Origin: Acidobacteriota bacterium
GTDB taxonomy: Bacteria; Acidobacteriota; Vicinamibacteria; Vicinamibacterales; CAVVIG01
Length of the DNA: 64,000 bases
Direction of reading: 5' to 3'
Assembly (NCBI GenBank): GCA_039931615.1
Contig: JBDTRR010000001.1
Location: 202,593 to 266,592, forward strand
Program-made: the position numbers and the translations under genes
Notes under the pieces: generated by a model
Told to the model about the DNA's origin: nothing
The model's input: the letters and a program-made list of their open reading frames with translations, nothing else
Database searches by the model: none
In this document: positions 36,014 to 46,393 of the stretch, one piece after another
Layout of the letters: every line of letters begins with the position of its first letter
How positions within the stretch are numbered: position 1 is the stretch's first letter

Positions 36014-37576
36014 TCAAGCGTGCGATGTGCGAGAGGTGCGGTCTCGATGGACGGGCCGCGAAATCGCCAGGCTGCCAAATGCGACGGCCAGCGCGACACC
36101 AACCAGCGCCGCCGCGACGGCGAACGTGACCCGCATGCCGATGGCGACGGCCTCAGGGCGTGCCGTCGTGACGTCGGCGGCGCGCGAGGCGAGTGCGAAG
36201 ACGGCGCCCATCAGCGAGGCGCCGGTGATGAGGCCGAGATTCCTCGACAGGGTGAGCAGTCCGGAGATGACGCCACGCTGGTCCGGGGAGACATCCGCCA
36301 TGACGGCGGTGTTGTTGGCCGCCTGGAACAGCGCATAGCCGGCGGTGGTGATGACGGCGGGGAGCACATAGCCGGTGATGCCAGGCGTCGCCGGCGCCAT
36401 GCTGAGAGCCGAGCACCCGACCACCATCCCGACGAGGCCGCTGATGGTCACGCGTGGCGCACCGACGCGGTCCACGATGCGGCCGCCGGGGACACCCGTG
36501 AGCGCCGCCGTCACCGGCCCGACGGACATGACGATGCCAACCAGAACCGTGTCGAGGCCCATGGCACGGGCGAGATAGAACGGCCCGACCACCAGCGTCG
36601 CCATCATCACCGTCGAGACGAGCGCACTCATGGCGAGACTCGCGCTCAGCGCCGGATCGCGAAACCTCGTCAATCGGATCACCGGTGACGCGGCTCTCGC
36701 TTCAGCCCAGACGAAGAGTCCGGCACCGAGTGCCGCCGCCGCGAGCAGGGCCAGGTTGACGACGCCGAACCTGCCGCGCCCGATCGTCATGGCGAGCGCA
36801 TACGCCGCCAGCGTCAGCGCCAGCAGCAGCGTTCCCACGTGGTCAAAGCCGGCCTGGTCCGCCTTCGCCGGTCGCCGCTCAGCGGGCAGCGAGCGTTGCG
36901 CGAGTACAAGGGCCAGGACGCCCAGCGGCACGTTGACGAAGAAGATCGCCGGCCAGCCGACGCTGGCGATCAGCATGCCGCCGAGCGAGGGACCGAGCGC
37001 GGTGCCGACCGCGGACATGGTGCCGAGCAGCCCCATGGCGCTCCCGGTCTGCTGCTTCGGCACGGCCTCGCCCGCCAACGCCATGGCGAGCGCCATCATG
37101 ATGGCCGCTCCGAGGCCCTGCACGGCCCGCGCCGCGATCAACAGCCACAGCCTTGACGCGACGCCACACAGGCCGGAGGCCGCCGTGAACAGAACGATAC
37201 CCGCCAGCAACAAGCGCCGACGGCCCGCGATGTCGCCGAGCCGTCCGACGGTGACGATCACCGTCGTGGTCGCCAGCAGGTATCCGAGCACGACCCACTG
37301 GACCTGCTGAAACGAGGCGTTCAACGCGTGCGCCAATGTCGGCAAGGCGACATTGGCGACGCTGGTCCCCAGAGAGGGCAGCAACATGCACAGCGACAGG
37401 CTGGCCAGGACCCACCCGACCGACGGCCCCCGTTCCACAGGTCCAGCCACCGCCGCATCGTGTCTCGAAACCCTCACAGCCACCTCCTGGTCTGCACTCC
37501 AGAAATCGAACTGTGACGACGATAGGGTGTGGCGTGACGGAGCGGAAGGCGCCTCATCTGCACTGAATTCGTGCAC
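36014..37576 (-). CDS. MFS transporter, DHA2 (EmrB/QacA, 14-TMS) type
   Basis: Hydrophobic throughout, with GRLGDIAGRRR (motif A) and LGPSLGGML. Divergent from a LysR gene. The N-terminal about 50 aa of the ORF may not be translated. Confidence 0.85.
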   Translation of the reverse strand: MHEFSADEAPSAPSRHTLSSSQFDFWSADQEVAVRVSRHDAAVAGPVERGPSVGWVLASLSLCMLLPSLGTSVANVALPTLAHALNASFQQVQWVVLGYLLATTTVIVTVGRLGDIAGRRRLLLAGIVLFTAASGLCGVASRLWLLIAARAVQGLGAAIMMALAMALAGEAVPKQQTGSAMGLLGTMSAVGTALGPSLGGMLIASVGWPAIFFVNVPLGVLALVLAQRSLPAERRPAKADQAGFDHVGTLLLALTLAAYALAMTIGRGRFGVVNLALLAAAALGAGLFVWAEARAASPVIRLTRFRDPALSASLAMSALVSTVMMATLVVGPFYLARAMGLDTVLVGIVMSVGPVTAALTGVPGGRIVDRVGAPRVTISGLVGMVVGCSALSMAPATPGITGYVLPAVITTAGYALFQAANNTAVMADVSPDQRGVISGLLTLSRNLGLITGASLMGAVFALASRAADVTTARPEAVAIGMRVTFAVAAALVGVALAVAFGSLAISRPVHRDRTSRTSHA

Positions 37577-37613
37577 GCGACGCCCGATCAGGAATTACGC
37601 TTGGAACGAGGCC

Positions 37614-38540
37614 ATGGCCAGACCCGATCTCAATCTGCTGTTCACGCTTGACGTGTTGCTTGCGGAAGGCAGCGTGGCCCGCGCCGCCCGCCGCCTGCGG
37701 CTCAGTCCGTCGGCCATGAGCCGGGCGCTGGGGCGACTGCGTGAGGCCACCGGCGATCCTTTGCTGGTGAGGGCCGGGCGCGGTCTGGTTCCCTCACCGC
37801 GAGCGCTCGAACTGCGTGGGCGCATCAGTCAGCTCGTGCATGACGCCGAAGCCGCGTTGCGCCCCGCCGACACGATCAACCTCAAGCGGCTCGATCGCAT
37901 GTTCACCGTGCGGGCCAGCGAGGGCTTCGTGGAGAACTTCGGAGCCGCGCTCCTGGCTCGGGTTCGTGGGGAGGGCCCCGGCGTTCGACTGCGCTTCCTG
38001 CACAAGCTTGACAAGGACAGCGGCCCGCTCCGCGACGGATCCGTCGATCTGGAAACGGGCGTGGTGGAGAGGACCACCGGCCCGGAAGTGCGCGCGCAGG
38101 CGTTGTTTCGAGATCGCTACGTCGGCGTCGTGCGAATGGGCCACCCACTGAGCGAAGGCGACATCACCCCCTTCCGCTATGCCGCGGCAGGGCACATCCA
38201 TATCTCGCGCCGCGACAACGACCACGGGCCCATCGACGGCGCCCTGGCAGGGTTCGGACTGAAACGTGAGATCGTCACCATCGTCGGCGGTTTCTCGGCG
38301 GCGCTGGCTTTGGCTCGGGCCTCCGACCTTGTCGCCAGCGTGCCCGAACGGCACACCGGCAATCTGTGTGCCGGGATGTTCAGCTTCGCGCTTCCCCTGC
38401 CCATTCCGCAGTTCATGGTGTCATTGTTGTGGCATCCGCGGCTGGATGGGGATCCCGCGCATCGGTGGCTTCGTGGATGTGTTCGAGATGCCTGCGCCGA
38501 GCAACTCCGCGATCAGCCCATACACGGCGGATCATCGTGA
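37614..38540 (+). CDS. LysR-family transcriptional regulator
   Basis: MARPDLNLLFTLDVLLAEGSVARAARRLRLSPSAMSRALGRLRE is a LysR wHTH, followed by a substrate-binding domain. Confidence 0.85.
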   Translation: MARPDLNLLFTLDVLLAEGSVARAARRLRLSPSAMSRALGRLREATGDPLLVRAGRGLVPSPRALELRGRISQLVHDAEAALRPADTINLKRLDRMFTVRASEGFVENFGAALLARVRGEGPGVRLRFLHKLDKDSGPLRDGSVDLETGVVERTTGPEVRAQALFRDRYVGVVRMGHPLSEGDITPFRYAAAGHIHISRRDNDHGPIDGALAGFGLKREIVTIVGGFSAALALARASDLVASVPERHTGNLCAGMFSFALPLPIPQFMVSLLWHPRLDGDPAHRWLRGCVRDACAEQLRDQPIHGGSS

Positions 38541-38712
38541 CCGTTGGTGGAGACGGCGAGCCGTCAACCGGCCCATCAAGGTGTCAGGCGCAGCCAGTCC
38601 CGCACACGGCGAGGTACTCGCCCCGAGTCGCCCCGCAGGGTGGCAGTCGATGTGCTAGCCATCCACCGCTTGTGGATATTGGGCAGTCATCAACCCGTGG
38701 TGTGCCGATCGT

Positions 38713-41700
38713 GTGTGCCCTGAGTGCTGGCGGGCCGCCTGCGTCGCCGGATATGGTAAGCGTCGCCACACCACGTCACCTTCAGGCGTCTTCGTGAACG
38801 GTACACCGTCGAGCGATCTGTTTTCGGTCGAGGGGGAGATGGCCGCCTTGATGGCGGCCACGGACTGGGCGAACACCCCGCTGGGCGCCGTCGACAAATG
38901 GCCACAGAGCCTTCGGACGATGGTGGGGGTCCTCCTGACATCCCGATTCGCGATGTGGATGGGCTGGGGAGCTGACCTGACGTTCTTTTACAACGATGCC
39001 TACCGGGCGCAGACGCTGGGCGCCAAGCACCCCTGGGCGCTCGGCCGCCCCTCACGCGAGGTGTGGGCGGAGATTTGGCCGGACATCGGGCCGCGCATCG
39101 ATCGGGTGCTGACGACGGGCCACGCGACCTGGGATGACAGGCTGCTGCTCTTTCTGGAGCGAAGCGGCTACCGGGAAGAAACCTACCACACCTTTTCCTA
39201 CAGCCCGGCAACCGACGACCACGGCAGGATTTGCGGCAACTTGTGTGTGGTGACCGAGGAGACGGCGCGTGTGCTCGGCGAGCGCCGCATGGCCTTGCTG
39301 CGCGACACGGCCCTCGCGGTCGCGACCACGATGACCGAACACGAACTGTTTGCGGCCATCGAAGGGACGTTGACCGATGCGAAAGATCTCCCGTTTACGC
39401 TGACCTATCTGTTCGATGCGGCCGACGCGCACGCGCACCTGACCTGCCGCACCGGCCTCGCCGCCGATCATCCGGCCGCGATCGCGACGGTCGACATGCG
39501 GTCGGCCGATGCCCTCTGGCGCCTCGGCGACGCCGACGGGATGATCGTGGAGCTGGCCGAGCGGTTCCCGGATCTCCCGACCGGACCGTGGCCGCACCCC
39601 CCCACGCAGGCGTTCGTCCTCGCCATCCCGCAGCAAGGCCAGAAGCGCGCGGCTGGTCTGTTCGTGGCGGCCCTGAACCCGTTTCGACCGCTCGACGACG
39701 CCTACCGCAGCTTCGTGAATTTATTCGTCGGTCAGATTGCCGCCGGGTTGGCCAACGTGCATGCCTATGAGGCCGAACGCCGGCGTGCCGAAGCGCTGGC
39801 GGAAATCGATCGCGTGAAGACGACCTTCTTCAGCAATGTCAGCCACGAGTTCCGCACCCCGTTGACGCTAATCCTCGGCCTCCTGGACGAGCTCAGGCGG
39901 GCGGGCGATGCCATCCCGGGTGAGATGCACGACCAGCTGGATATCGCGCACCGCAACGGCCAGCGTCTCCTGAAACTGGTCAACACCCTGCTCGACTTCT
40001 CGCGGATCGAGGCGGGCCGCGTGCGCGCGCGGTTCGAGGCGCTCGACCTGTGTGCCCTGACCGCCGATCTGGCGAGTACGTTCCGCTCCGCCATGGACCA
40101 GGCGGGACTGACGTTCACGATCGACTGTTCACCAATCGCTGAACCGGTCTACGTCGATCGGGAGATGTGGGAAAAGATTGTCCTCAATCTCCTGTCCAAC
40201 GCCTTCAAGTTCACGCTGGCCGGCGACGTCGCCGTCACCCTGGTCCAGGAGGATCAGCAGGTGCGGCTGTCCATCCGCGACACGGGCGTCGGCATCCCGG
40301 CACACGAAGTGCCGCGTGTGTTCGAACGGTTTCATCAGGTCGACGGGGCCCGCGGCCGCAGCCATGAAGGTTCCGGGATCGGCCTCGCCCTCGTGCAGGA
40401 GCTGGTGAAGCTGCACGGCGGCGCGCTGACCGTCGACAGTGCGCTGGGACGAGGCAGTGAGTTCACCGTGTCGATTCCCCTCGGCACGACCCACCTGCCG
40501 GCCGACCATCTGGCGCTCGCCACGCCAGAACGCCGGCCACACGTGACGGCCACCTATGTCGAGGAGGCCTTGCGCTGGCTTCCCGGCGAGGCCGCGCGCA
40601 CGCGCGACGTCGCGGGCTCACAAGAGCTCACCGACCGGGTCGCTGGCGGCGCCCCGGCGAACGGCCCCCGGATCCTGCTGGCCGATGACAATGCCGACAT
40701 GCGGGAGTACGCCCGGCGGCTGCTCGGGGAGCGGTGGCAGGTGGAAGTGGTCGCCGACGGCCGTCAGGCGCTCGCGGCCGCCCGGGCGCGGCGGCCGGAC
40801 GTGATTGTGACGGACGTGATGATGCCCGACCTGGACGGATTCGGGGTGTTGCGGGAGCTCCGGGCGGATGCGGCCCTGCGCACGGTGCCGGTCATTCTGC
40901 TCTCCGCGCGAGCTGGCGAAGACGCCCGCATCGAAGCGCTGGCGGCGTCGGCTGACGACTATCTGGTCAAGCCGTTCTCGGCCCGCGACCTCCTCGCCCG
41001 CGTCGACGCGCAGATCGTCAAGGGGCGGGTTCGCGCCATCGAACAGCGCCACGTGCAGCGCATGGCGCGGCTCTTCGCGCATGCGCCGGTGGCCATCGCC
41101 GTCGTATCCGGTCCGAGACATGTTTACGAGTTGACCAATCCGCCTTATCGGGAACTGGTCGGCGGGCGCCACGTGGTGGGACACGCGATTGGCGACGCGC
41201 GTCCGGCGTTCGCCGATCAGGACGTCGCGGCGACGCTGGACCGCGTCCGCGCCTCCGGCGAACCGTTTGTCGGCCAATCGCGGTGCCTGGTGCGTCGCGG
41301 CCACGACCGTTGGGACGAGGAATGTTATTTCGACTACGTCTATCAACCGGTGTTCGCAGACGAGGGCCACGTCGAGACCATCGTGATCATGGCGCACGAC
41401 GTGACGTCGCTCGCGGCGGCCAAGCTCGAAGCGGAGACGGCCAACCGGCTCAAGGATGAATTCCTGGCCACCCTGTCCCACGAGTTGCGGACGCCCCTGA
41501 ACGCCGTCCTGGGCTATGCGCAGATGGTACGCGCCGGCGTCATCGCGCCGGAGCGTCTGCCGGCGGTGTTGGCCACCATCGAACGGAACGCCCGCGTGCA
41601 GGAGCAGTTGATCAGCGACCTGCTCGATGTCTCACACATCATCACGGGTAAATTCCGCGTCGAGCTCCGACCCATGGACGTGACGGAGGCGATTCAGGAC

Positions 41701-42603
41701 GCCCTCGACACCGTCGCGCCGACGGCCCTGGCCAAGGGTGTCACATTGGACTCGGCCCTCGACCAGACGGCGATGCCGATCGCCGGCGATGCCCGGCGTC
41801 TGCAGCAGGTGGTCTGGAACCTGCTTTCGAATGCCATCAAGTTCACACCGCGGGACGGCCTGGTGCAGATACGGGTCGTCCACCACCGCTCACACGTCGA
41901 GCTCACGGTGACCGATACCGGCGAGGGGATCGCGCCGGAGTTCGTGCCTCAGCTGTTCCAACGCTTCCGGCAGGGCGACGGCACCGTCCGGCGCCGCCAC
42001 GGCGGTCTGGGTCTGGGTCTCGCGATTTGTCGGTACCTGGTGGAGGCCCACGGCGGGCGGATCGATGCCATGAGTCCAGGCCCGGGACAGGGCACCACGG
42101 TCCGCGTCGAGCTGCCGCTGCTCATCACCGACGACCACCAAGTCGAGGCGCGGGACGCGGTGCTGCCGATCCGGACGCGAGCCACGTCTGAAGTGCCCAC
42201 GTTCGCCGACCTCAATGGCCGTCGGGTCCTGCTGGTCGATGACGAGGTCGATGCGCTCAACATGGCAAGAGACGCCCTGTCGATCGCGGGGGCGATGGTG
42301 GTGACCGCAGCGAACGGCGAGGAGGCGCTGAGCGCGCTGGATCGTGAATCGTTCGACGTGGTGGTCCTGGATATCGGGTTGCCGGAGATGGACGGCTACG
42401 AGCTGCTCAAGGCGATCCGGGCGAGACCATCCGACCAGCAGGGTCGCATTCCCGCCGCCGCACTGTCGGCCTACGCCAGGACCACCGATCGGACGCGATC
42501 ACTCCAGGCCGGCTTCCAGATGCACCTGGCCAAGCCGGTGCAACCGGCCGAATTGACCGCGGCGATTCTGGCGCTCGCCGGCTCGGGCCCGTCCATCGAC
42601 TGA
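38713..42603 (+). CDS. giant hybrid sensor kinase: PAS/GAF - HisKA - HATPase - REC - PAS - HisKA - HATPase - REC
   Basis: Two complete transmitter sets (SHEFRTPL ... GSGIGLALVQELVKLHGG, and SHELRTPL ... GLGLGLAICRYLVEAHGG). Two receivers (LLADDNADM...DVMMPDLDG...KPF, and LLVDDEVDA...DIGLPEMDG...KP). The start is GTG 38713 or GTG 38794. Confidence 0.9.
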   Translation: MCPECWRAACVAGYGKRRHTTSPSGVFVNGTPSSDLFSVEGEMAALMAATDWANTPLGAVDKWPQSLRTMVGVLLTSRFAMWMGWGADLTFFYNDAYRAQTLGAKHPWALGRPSREVWAEIWPDIGPRIDRVLTTGHATWDDRLLLFLERSGYREETYHTFSYSPATDDHGRICGNLCVVTEETARVLGERRMALLRDTALAVATTMTEHELFAAIEGTLTDAKDLPFTLTYLFDAADAHAHLTCRTGLAADHPAAIATVDMRSADALWRLGDADGMIVELAERFPDLPTGPWPHPPTQAFVLAIPQQGQKRAAGLFVAALNPFRPLDDAYRSFVNLFVGQIAAGLANVHAYEAERRRAEALAEIDRVKTTFFSNVSHEFRTPLTLILGLLDELRRAGDAIPGEMHDQLDIAHRNGQRLLKLVNTLLDFSRIEAGRVRARFEALDLCALTADLASTFRSAMDQAGLTFTIDCSPIAEPVYVDREMWEKIVLNLLSNAFKFTLAGDVAVTLVQEDQQVRLSIRDTGVGIPAHEVPRVFERFHQVDGARGRSHEGSGIGLALVQELVKLHGGALTVDSALGRGSEFTVSIPLGTTHLPADHLALATPERRPHVTATYVEEALRWLPGEAARTRDVAGSQELTDRVAGGAPANGPRILLADDNADMREYARRLLGERWQVEVVADGRQALAAARARRPDVIVTDVMMPDLDGFGVLRELRADAALRTVPVILLSARAGEDARIEALAASADDYLVKPFSARDLLARVDAQIVKGRVRAIEQRHVQRMARLFAHAPVAIAVVSGPRHVYELTNPPYRELVGGRHVVGHAIGDARPAFADQDVAATLDRVRASGEPFVGQSRCLVRRGHDRWDEECYFDYVYQPVFADEGHVETIVIMAHDVTSLAAAKLEAETANRLKDEFLATLSHELRTPLNAVLGYAQMVRAGVIAPERLPAVLATIERNARVQEQLISDLLDVSHIITGKFRVELRPMDVTEAIQDALDTVAPTALAKGVTLDSALDQTAMPIAGDARRLQQVVWNLLSNAIKFTPRDGLVQIRVVHHRSHVELTVTDTGEGIAPEFVPQLFQRFRQGDGTVRRRHGGLGLGLAICRYLVEAHGGRIDAMSPGPGQGTTVRVELPLLITDDHQVEARDAVLPIRTRATSEVPTFADLNGRRVLLVDDEVDALNMARDALSIAGAMVVTAANGEEALSALDRESFDVVVLDIGLPEMDGYELLKAIRARPSDQQGRIPAAALSAYARTTDRTRSLQAGFQMHLAKPVQPAELTAAILALAGSGPSID

Positions 42604-42630
42604 TGGACGGGCCACGCCCGTGACTGCAGG

Positions 42631-44616
42631 TTACTGCGGCGCGGTACTTCCCGGATGTGCCCTCGCCGACCCCTGGCGCTGGAACTCGCGCAGGAAGCCC
42701 ATGATCCCCGCCGAGGTCGCATCGCCGCCGCTCCCGGTCACCAGGATGTCTGGCACGAAGCGGTGCTGGCTCTTCACCAGCTCCGACACGACGTTGACGG
42801 TCGCGGTCGCCTCGGCCCCGAGCGCCTGCGCCTGGGCCTCGAAGCCTTTCGCGCGCGCCAGGCCAACGGCTTCGATTTCCGCGCCTCTCGCCCGGCCGGT
42901 CTGTTCGATGTAGGCCGCTTCCCCCTCGGCTTCCGCCTGGCGCGCGCGCGCCCGGTTCTCCTTGATGATGATGTCCACCTCGGAGCCAGCCAGGTCCCGC
43001 TGCCGATCCGCCAGACCTCCTTGCTTCTCCATATCGATGCGCGTCAGCTGCGCCTCCCGCTGGGCCAGGAACGTGGCCCTTTCCTGATTCGCGATCTCCC
43101 GCTGCGTCAGAACCCGGACGATCTCCTCGGGCAGCACCACGTCCTGGATGTAGACCCCGCGCGTCTCGACGTTGTATCGCCGGATCTGGTCGGCGATGTA
43201 GTTCTGCGCCTGGGCCTGGACCGCGGCGCGATTCTCGATGAACTGCACTGCCGCCATGCCCTGTAGCGTGTCTCGAAAGTAGTTCCCCACCACCGCCTGC
43301 AGCACCTCGTTGACGAGATTCTGCATCGTTCCCACCATCGAGATCACCTTGGGCGCCAGCTTGTCGGAGACGTGGATCTGCACCTGGAGATCGATGTTGA
43401 AGATGAAGCCCTCCTTCGACTTTGCCACGATCTGTTTCAGCTGCTTGTCGAGATTGTGCGCCTGCGACGCGGCTTCAGCCCAATTGAGCGTGAGAATCGC
43501 CGTCGGCACCATCTCGGCCTGGTAGATCCTCGGGTTGATGGCGTATTTGCCGGTGCGCAGCGGTTCTTCCCAGATCCCGCGGTGTCCAGGACGCACGATC
43601 GACCCGAACTTGAACTCATCCCCCGAGGTGTCCTCCGTCGGCTGACCGACCGCCGCCTTGATGACCGCGACTTCCCCCTGACGGACCACCAGCATCGGCA
43701 CGGTCTGGACGTGGACGAGATACGGATTGAGCGCGTAGGATCCGTTGAGCACCGGGTCGTGCTGCAGGCCGATCCGCCCGCCGCTGTCGAGGAACTTCTG
43801 GTAGTCCTGATAGTTATTGTGGCGCTCGTTCTGATTACCGATCAGCACATCGGCGATCTCGGCGTCACTGCGCCCTGCGGCTTCCATCTGGCGCACATCG
43901 TCGAAGCGGCCCATCCGGCACGCGATGTCCCCTGACGGCAACGGCGCGCCCTCGAGCGTCTCGACGATGCCGACGATGTCGATCAGTTTGTCGACGCCGC
44001 TCTCGTGGATCCTGAGCGGTTCGATCACGCGAAGCGTCAACTCCGATGGCTCGAGGCCAAAGAGCGCGGGCCCGAAGCGGGCCCGGTACTCTTCGTTGAC
44101 CGGCAGCCCGAAGCTGCGGCTCTGCGAGAGCACCAGAAACGCGACCGGATGCAGCGGCAGGATGGCTCCCGGCGGCAGCACCGGCCGTTGCACGCCCTGC
44201 TGTCCGCCCTCGGCGACGAAAGTACGGACGTCGGTGAACTGGCCAAAGGCGGGCTTGTAGACGCCGGATTTCCATCCCGTTGGTAACGGCGCCCCGGCTT
44301 GTGCGATGACGAGGCCGACCTCGCCGGTCGGGATCTGTACCCAGGGATGCTTCTCGACGCGGCTCATCGGCCACACGCGAACGGCCACTCCCGGCATCAA
44401 CAATTCGGCTTGATACCCGGCTTCGCCATGGAAGGCAATGGGACCGCCGTCGGCGCGCCCGGGCCCCCAACGGCGGATCACCAGCCCGACCTGGTTGGGT
44501 CCGATCCGATGAATCGAAAGTACCGCGACGGTGAGTGCGAGTAGAACGAGCGGCAGGACGATCGCGATGGCGATCAACGCCTGAACTGGCGAGTCAGCTA
44601 ACACGGCGGGCTCCAA
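42631..44616 (-). CDS. SPFH/band-7 (flotillin-like) membrane protein
   Basis: N-terminal TM helix, an SPFH-like region, and a long Ala/Glu/Arg/Gln coiled-coil segment (EREAQLTRIDMEKQ...ARARQAEAEGEAAYIEQTGRARGAEIEA...) as in YqiK/flotillin homologs. Confidence 0.75.
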   Translation of the reverse strand: MEPAVLADSPVQALIAIAIVLPLVLLALTVAVLSIHRIGPNQVGLVIRRWGPGRADGGPIAFHGEAGYQAELLMPGVAVRVWPMSRVEKHPWVQIPTGEVGLVIAQAGAPLPTGWKSGVYKPAFGQFTDVRTFVAEGGQQGVQRPVLPPGAILPLHPVAFLVLSQSRSFGLPVNEEYRARFGPALFGLEPSELTLRVIEPLRIHESGVDKLIDIVGIVETLEGAPLPSGDIACRMGRFDDVRQMEAAGRSDAEIADVLIGNQNERHNNYQDYQKFLDSGGRIGLQHDPVLNGSYALNPYLVHVQTVPMLVVRQGEVAVIKAAVGQPTEDTSGDEFKFGSIVRPGHRGIWEEPLRTGKYAINPRIYQAEMVPTAILTLNWAEAASQAHNLDKQLKQIVAKSKEGFIFNIDLQVQIHVSDKLAPKVISMVGTMQNLVNEVLQAVVGNYFRDTLQGMAAVQFIENRAAVQAQAQNYIADQIRRYNVETRGVYIQDVVLPEEIVRVLTQREIANQERATFLAQREAQLTRIDMEKQGGLADRQRDLAGSEVDIIIKENRARARQAEAEGEAAYIEQTGRARGAEIEAVGLARAKGFEAQAQALGAEATATVNVVSELVKSQHRFVPDILVTGSGGDATSAGIMGFLREFQRQGSARAHPGSTAPQ

Positions 44617-44805
44617 GTGCCGACGGGGTTAGCTGACGGGCTCGAGGTTGGAAGTCCTCTATTCCGCGTTCGCGGAAATACGCCCCGTGGCGCGGGTATC
44701 GCGCCGGTGGTTCCCCCGTGACGCCGATCGTGAACGGCGTCTTAGGCTGATTCCACTATACGCCCGGCCGTCGAAGAGTCAAATCGTTCGGCTAAGCTTG
44801 GAGGA

Positions 44806-46263
44806 GTGTCTCCAAACGACAGGCTCACCGCCGCCGGCGCCGCGATCGATTGGCTGGAACGAATGGCCGCCGACTGGCGCCGCCTCGAGGCGGTCCCCAT
44901 TCACGAGCGGCAGCGCCTGCATCGGGTGATTGCCGCGCTGTCGACCGCGGATCCAGCCGCCAGCCGAAAACGCCGGCAGGCCGCGAGAGCGGATCGCGTG
45001 CGGCAGGAGGAAGCGGTTCTGAACGAGACCGGCATTCGCGCGCGGCGGCGCCGGTCCGTGGTCACCACGCCGAACATGTTTCCGCCGCCGGTCGAGCACG
45101 CTCGTGCGGCCGACGCCGCGGCGACCTGTGTCGATCGGGTGTGCTACGTCTGCAAGGAGCCGTACTCGCAGGTCCACGCCTTCTACGACCAACTCTGCCG
45201 CGATTGCGCCGCGGTGAACTTTGCGGCGCGAACCGAGCTGGCTGATTTGCGTGGGCGGGTCGCGCTGCTGACCGGCGGGCGCGTGAAGATCGGGTATCAA
45301 GCCGGCTTGAAGCTGCTGCGCTCGGGCGCGCGCCTGATTGTGACGACCAGGTTTCCGCACAATGCCGCCGCGCGGTACGCACAGGAACCCGACTTCGGCG
45401 ACTGGGGCGGGCGGCTCGAAATCTTCGGGCTCGATCTGCGACACGTGCCCAGCGTGGAGGCGTTCTGCCGCGATCTGGTCGCCAGCCGTGAGCGGCTCGA
45501 CTTCATCATCAACAATGCCTGCCAGACGGTTCGCCGGCCGCCCGGGTTCTATGCACACCTGCTGGCCGGCGAACTGACCGCGGCGACTGACTTGCCTGAG
45601 CATGTCCGCCGCCTGCTCGGCGAGCCGCCGCCCGGACCGCCCGCGCTGGCGACGAACGGATCGATCGCCGCACCGTTGTCGGCAGTGCGAACGCTCGATG
45701 AGGAGTTCGCCGTCCGAACCAGCATCTTCCCCGTCGGTCAACTGGACGAGGATCTGCAGCAGGTCGATCGCCGCGACAGGAATTCATGGCGCCTGCTGCT
45801 CGCCGATGTGCCGACGGTAGAAATGCTCGAAGTGCAGCTGGTGAACGCGATCGCCCCGTTCCTCTTCAACGCCCGCCTGAAACCGCTGCTGCTCCGGACG
45901 CCCGAGCGCGACAAACACGTCGTCAACGTCTCGGCGGTCGAAGGACAGTTCTACCGCATCGCCAAGACGACGCGCCATCCGCATACCAACATGGCGAAGG
46001 CGGCGCTGAACATGATGACGCGCACGGCCGCCACGGACTACTTCAACGACGGCATTCACATGAACAGCGTCGACACCGGGTGGGTGACCGACGAGGACCC
46101 GATCGAGATGGCGCGGCGCAAGACGGCTGAACAGCGCTTTCATCCGCCGCTCGATGCCGTCGATGGCGGCGCCCGCATCGTCGCGCCAATCGTCACGGGT
46201 TTCAACACCGGCACCCACGTGTGGGGGCAGTTCCTGAAGGACTACAAGCCGACGGCGTGGTAG
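44806..46263 (+). CDS. SDR-family oxidoreductase with an N-terminal extension carrying a CxxC-x15-CxxC zinc-ribbon-like motif
   Basis: Rossmann motif LLTGGRVKIGYQ, NNA, and NMAKAAL in the catalytic region. CYVCKEPYSQVHAFYDQLCRDC lies upstream of the SDR core. Confidence 0.7.
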   Translation: MSPNDRLTAAGAAIDWLERMAADWRRLEAVPIHERQRLHRVIAALSTADPAASRKRRQAARADRVRQEEAVLNETGIRARRRRSVVTTPNMFPPPVEHARAADAAATCVDRVCYVCKEPYSQVHAFYDQLCRDCAAVNFAARTELADLRGRVALLTGGRVKIGYQAGLKLLRSGARLIVTTRFPHNAAARYAQEPDFGDWGGRLEIFGLDLRHVPSVEAFCRDLVASRERLDFIINNACQTVRRPPGFYAHLLAGELTAATDLPEHVRRLLGEPPPGPPALATNGSIAAPLSAVRTLDEEFAVRTSIFPVGQLDEDLQQVDRRDRNSWRLLLADVPTVEMLEVQLVNAIAPFLFNARLKPLLLRTPERDKHVVNVSAVEGQFYRIAKTTRHPHTNMAKAALNMMTRTAATDYFNDGIHMNSVDTGWVTDEDPIEMARRKTAEQRFHPPLDAVDGGARIVAPIVTGFNTGTHVWGQFLKDYKPTAW

Positions 46264-46393
46264 GCCGCCCGGACGGCCGCGCCGATTGATTCGACGTGCG
46301 GGCGTCCGCACTGCGACCGGGACCTGCCGGCCGCGCGTCGACCCGGTCGGCCGTGGTCTCAGCCGATGCGACCCCATCGATATTCCATCGACG

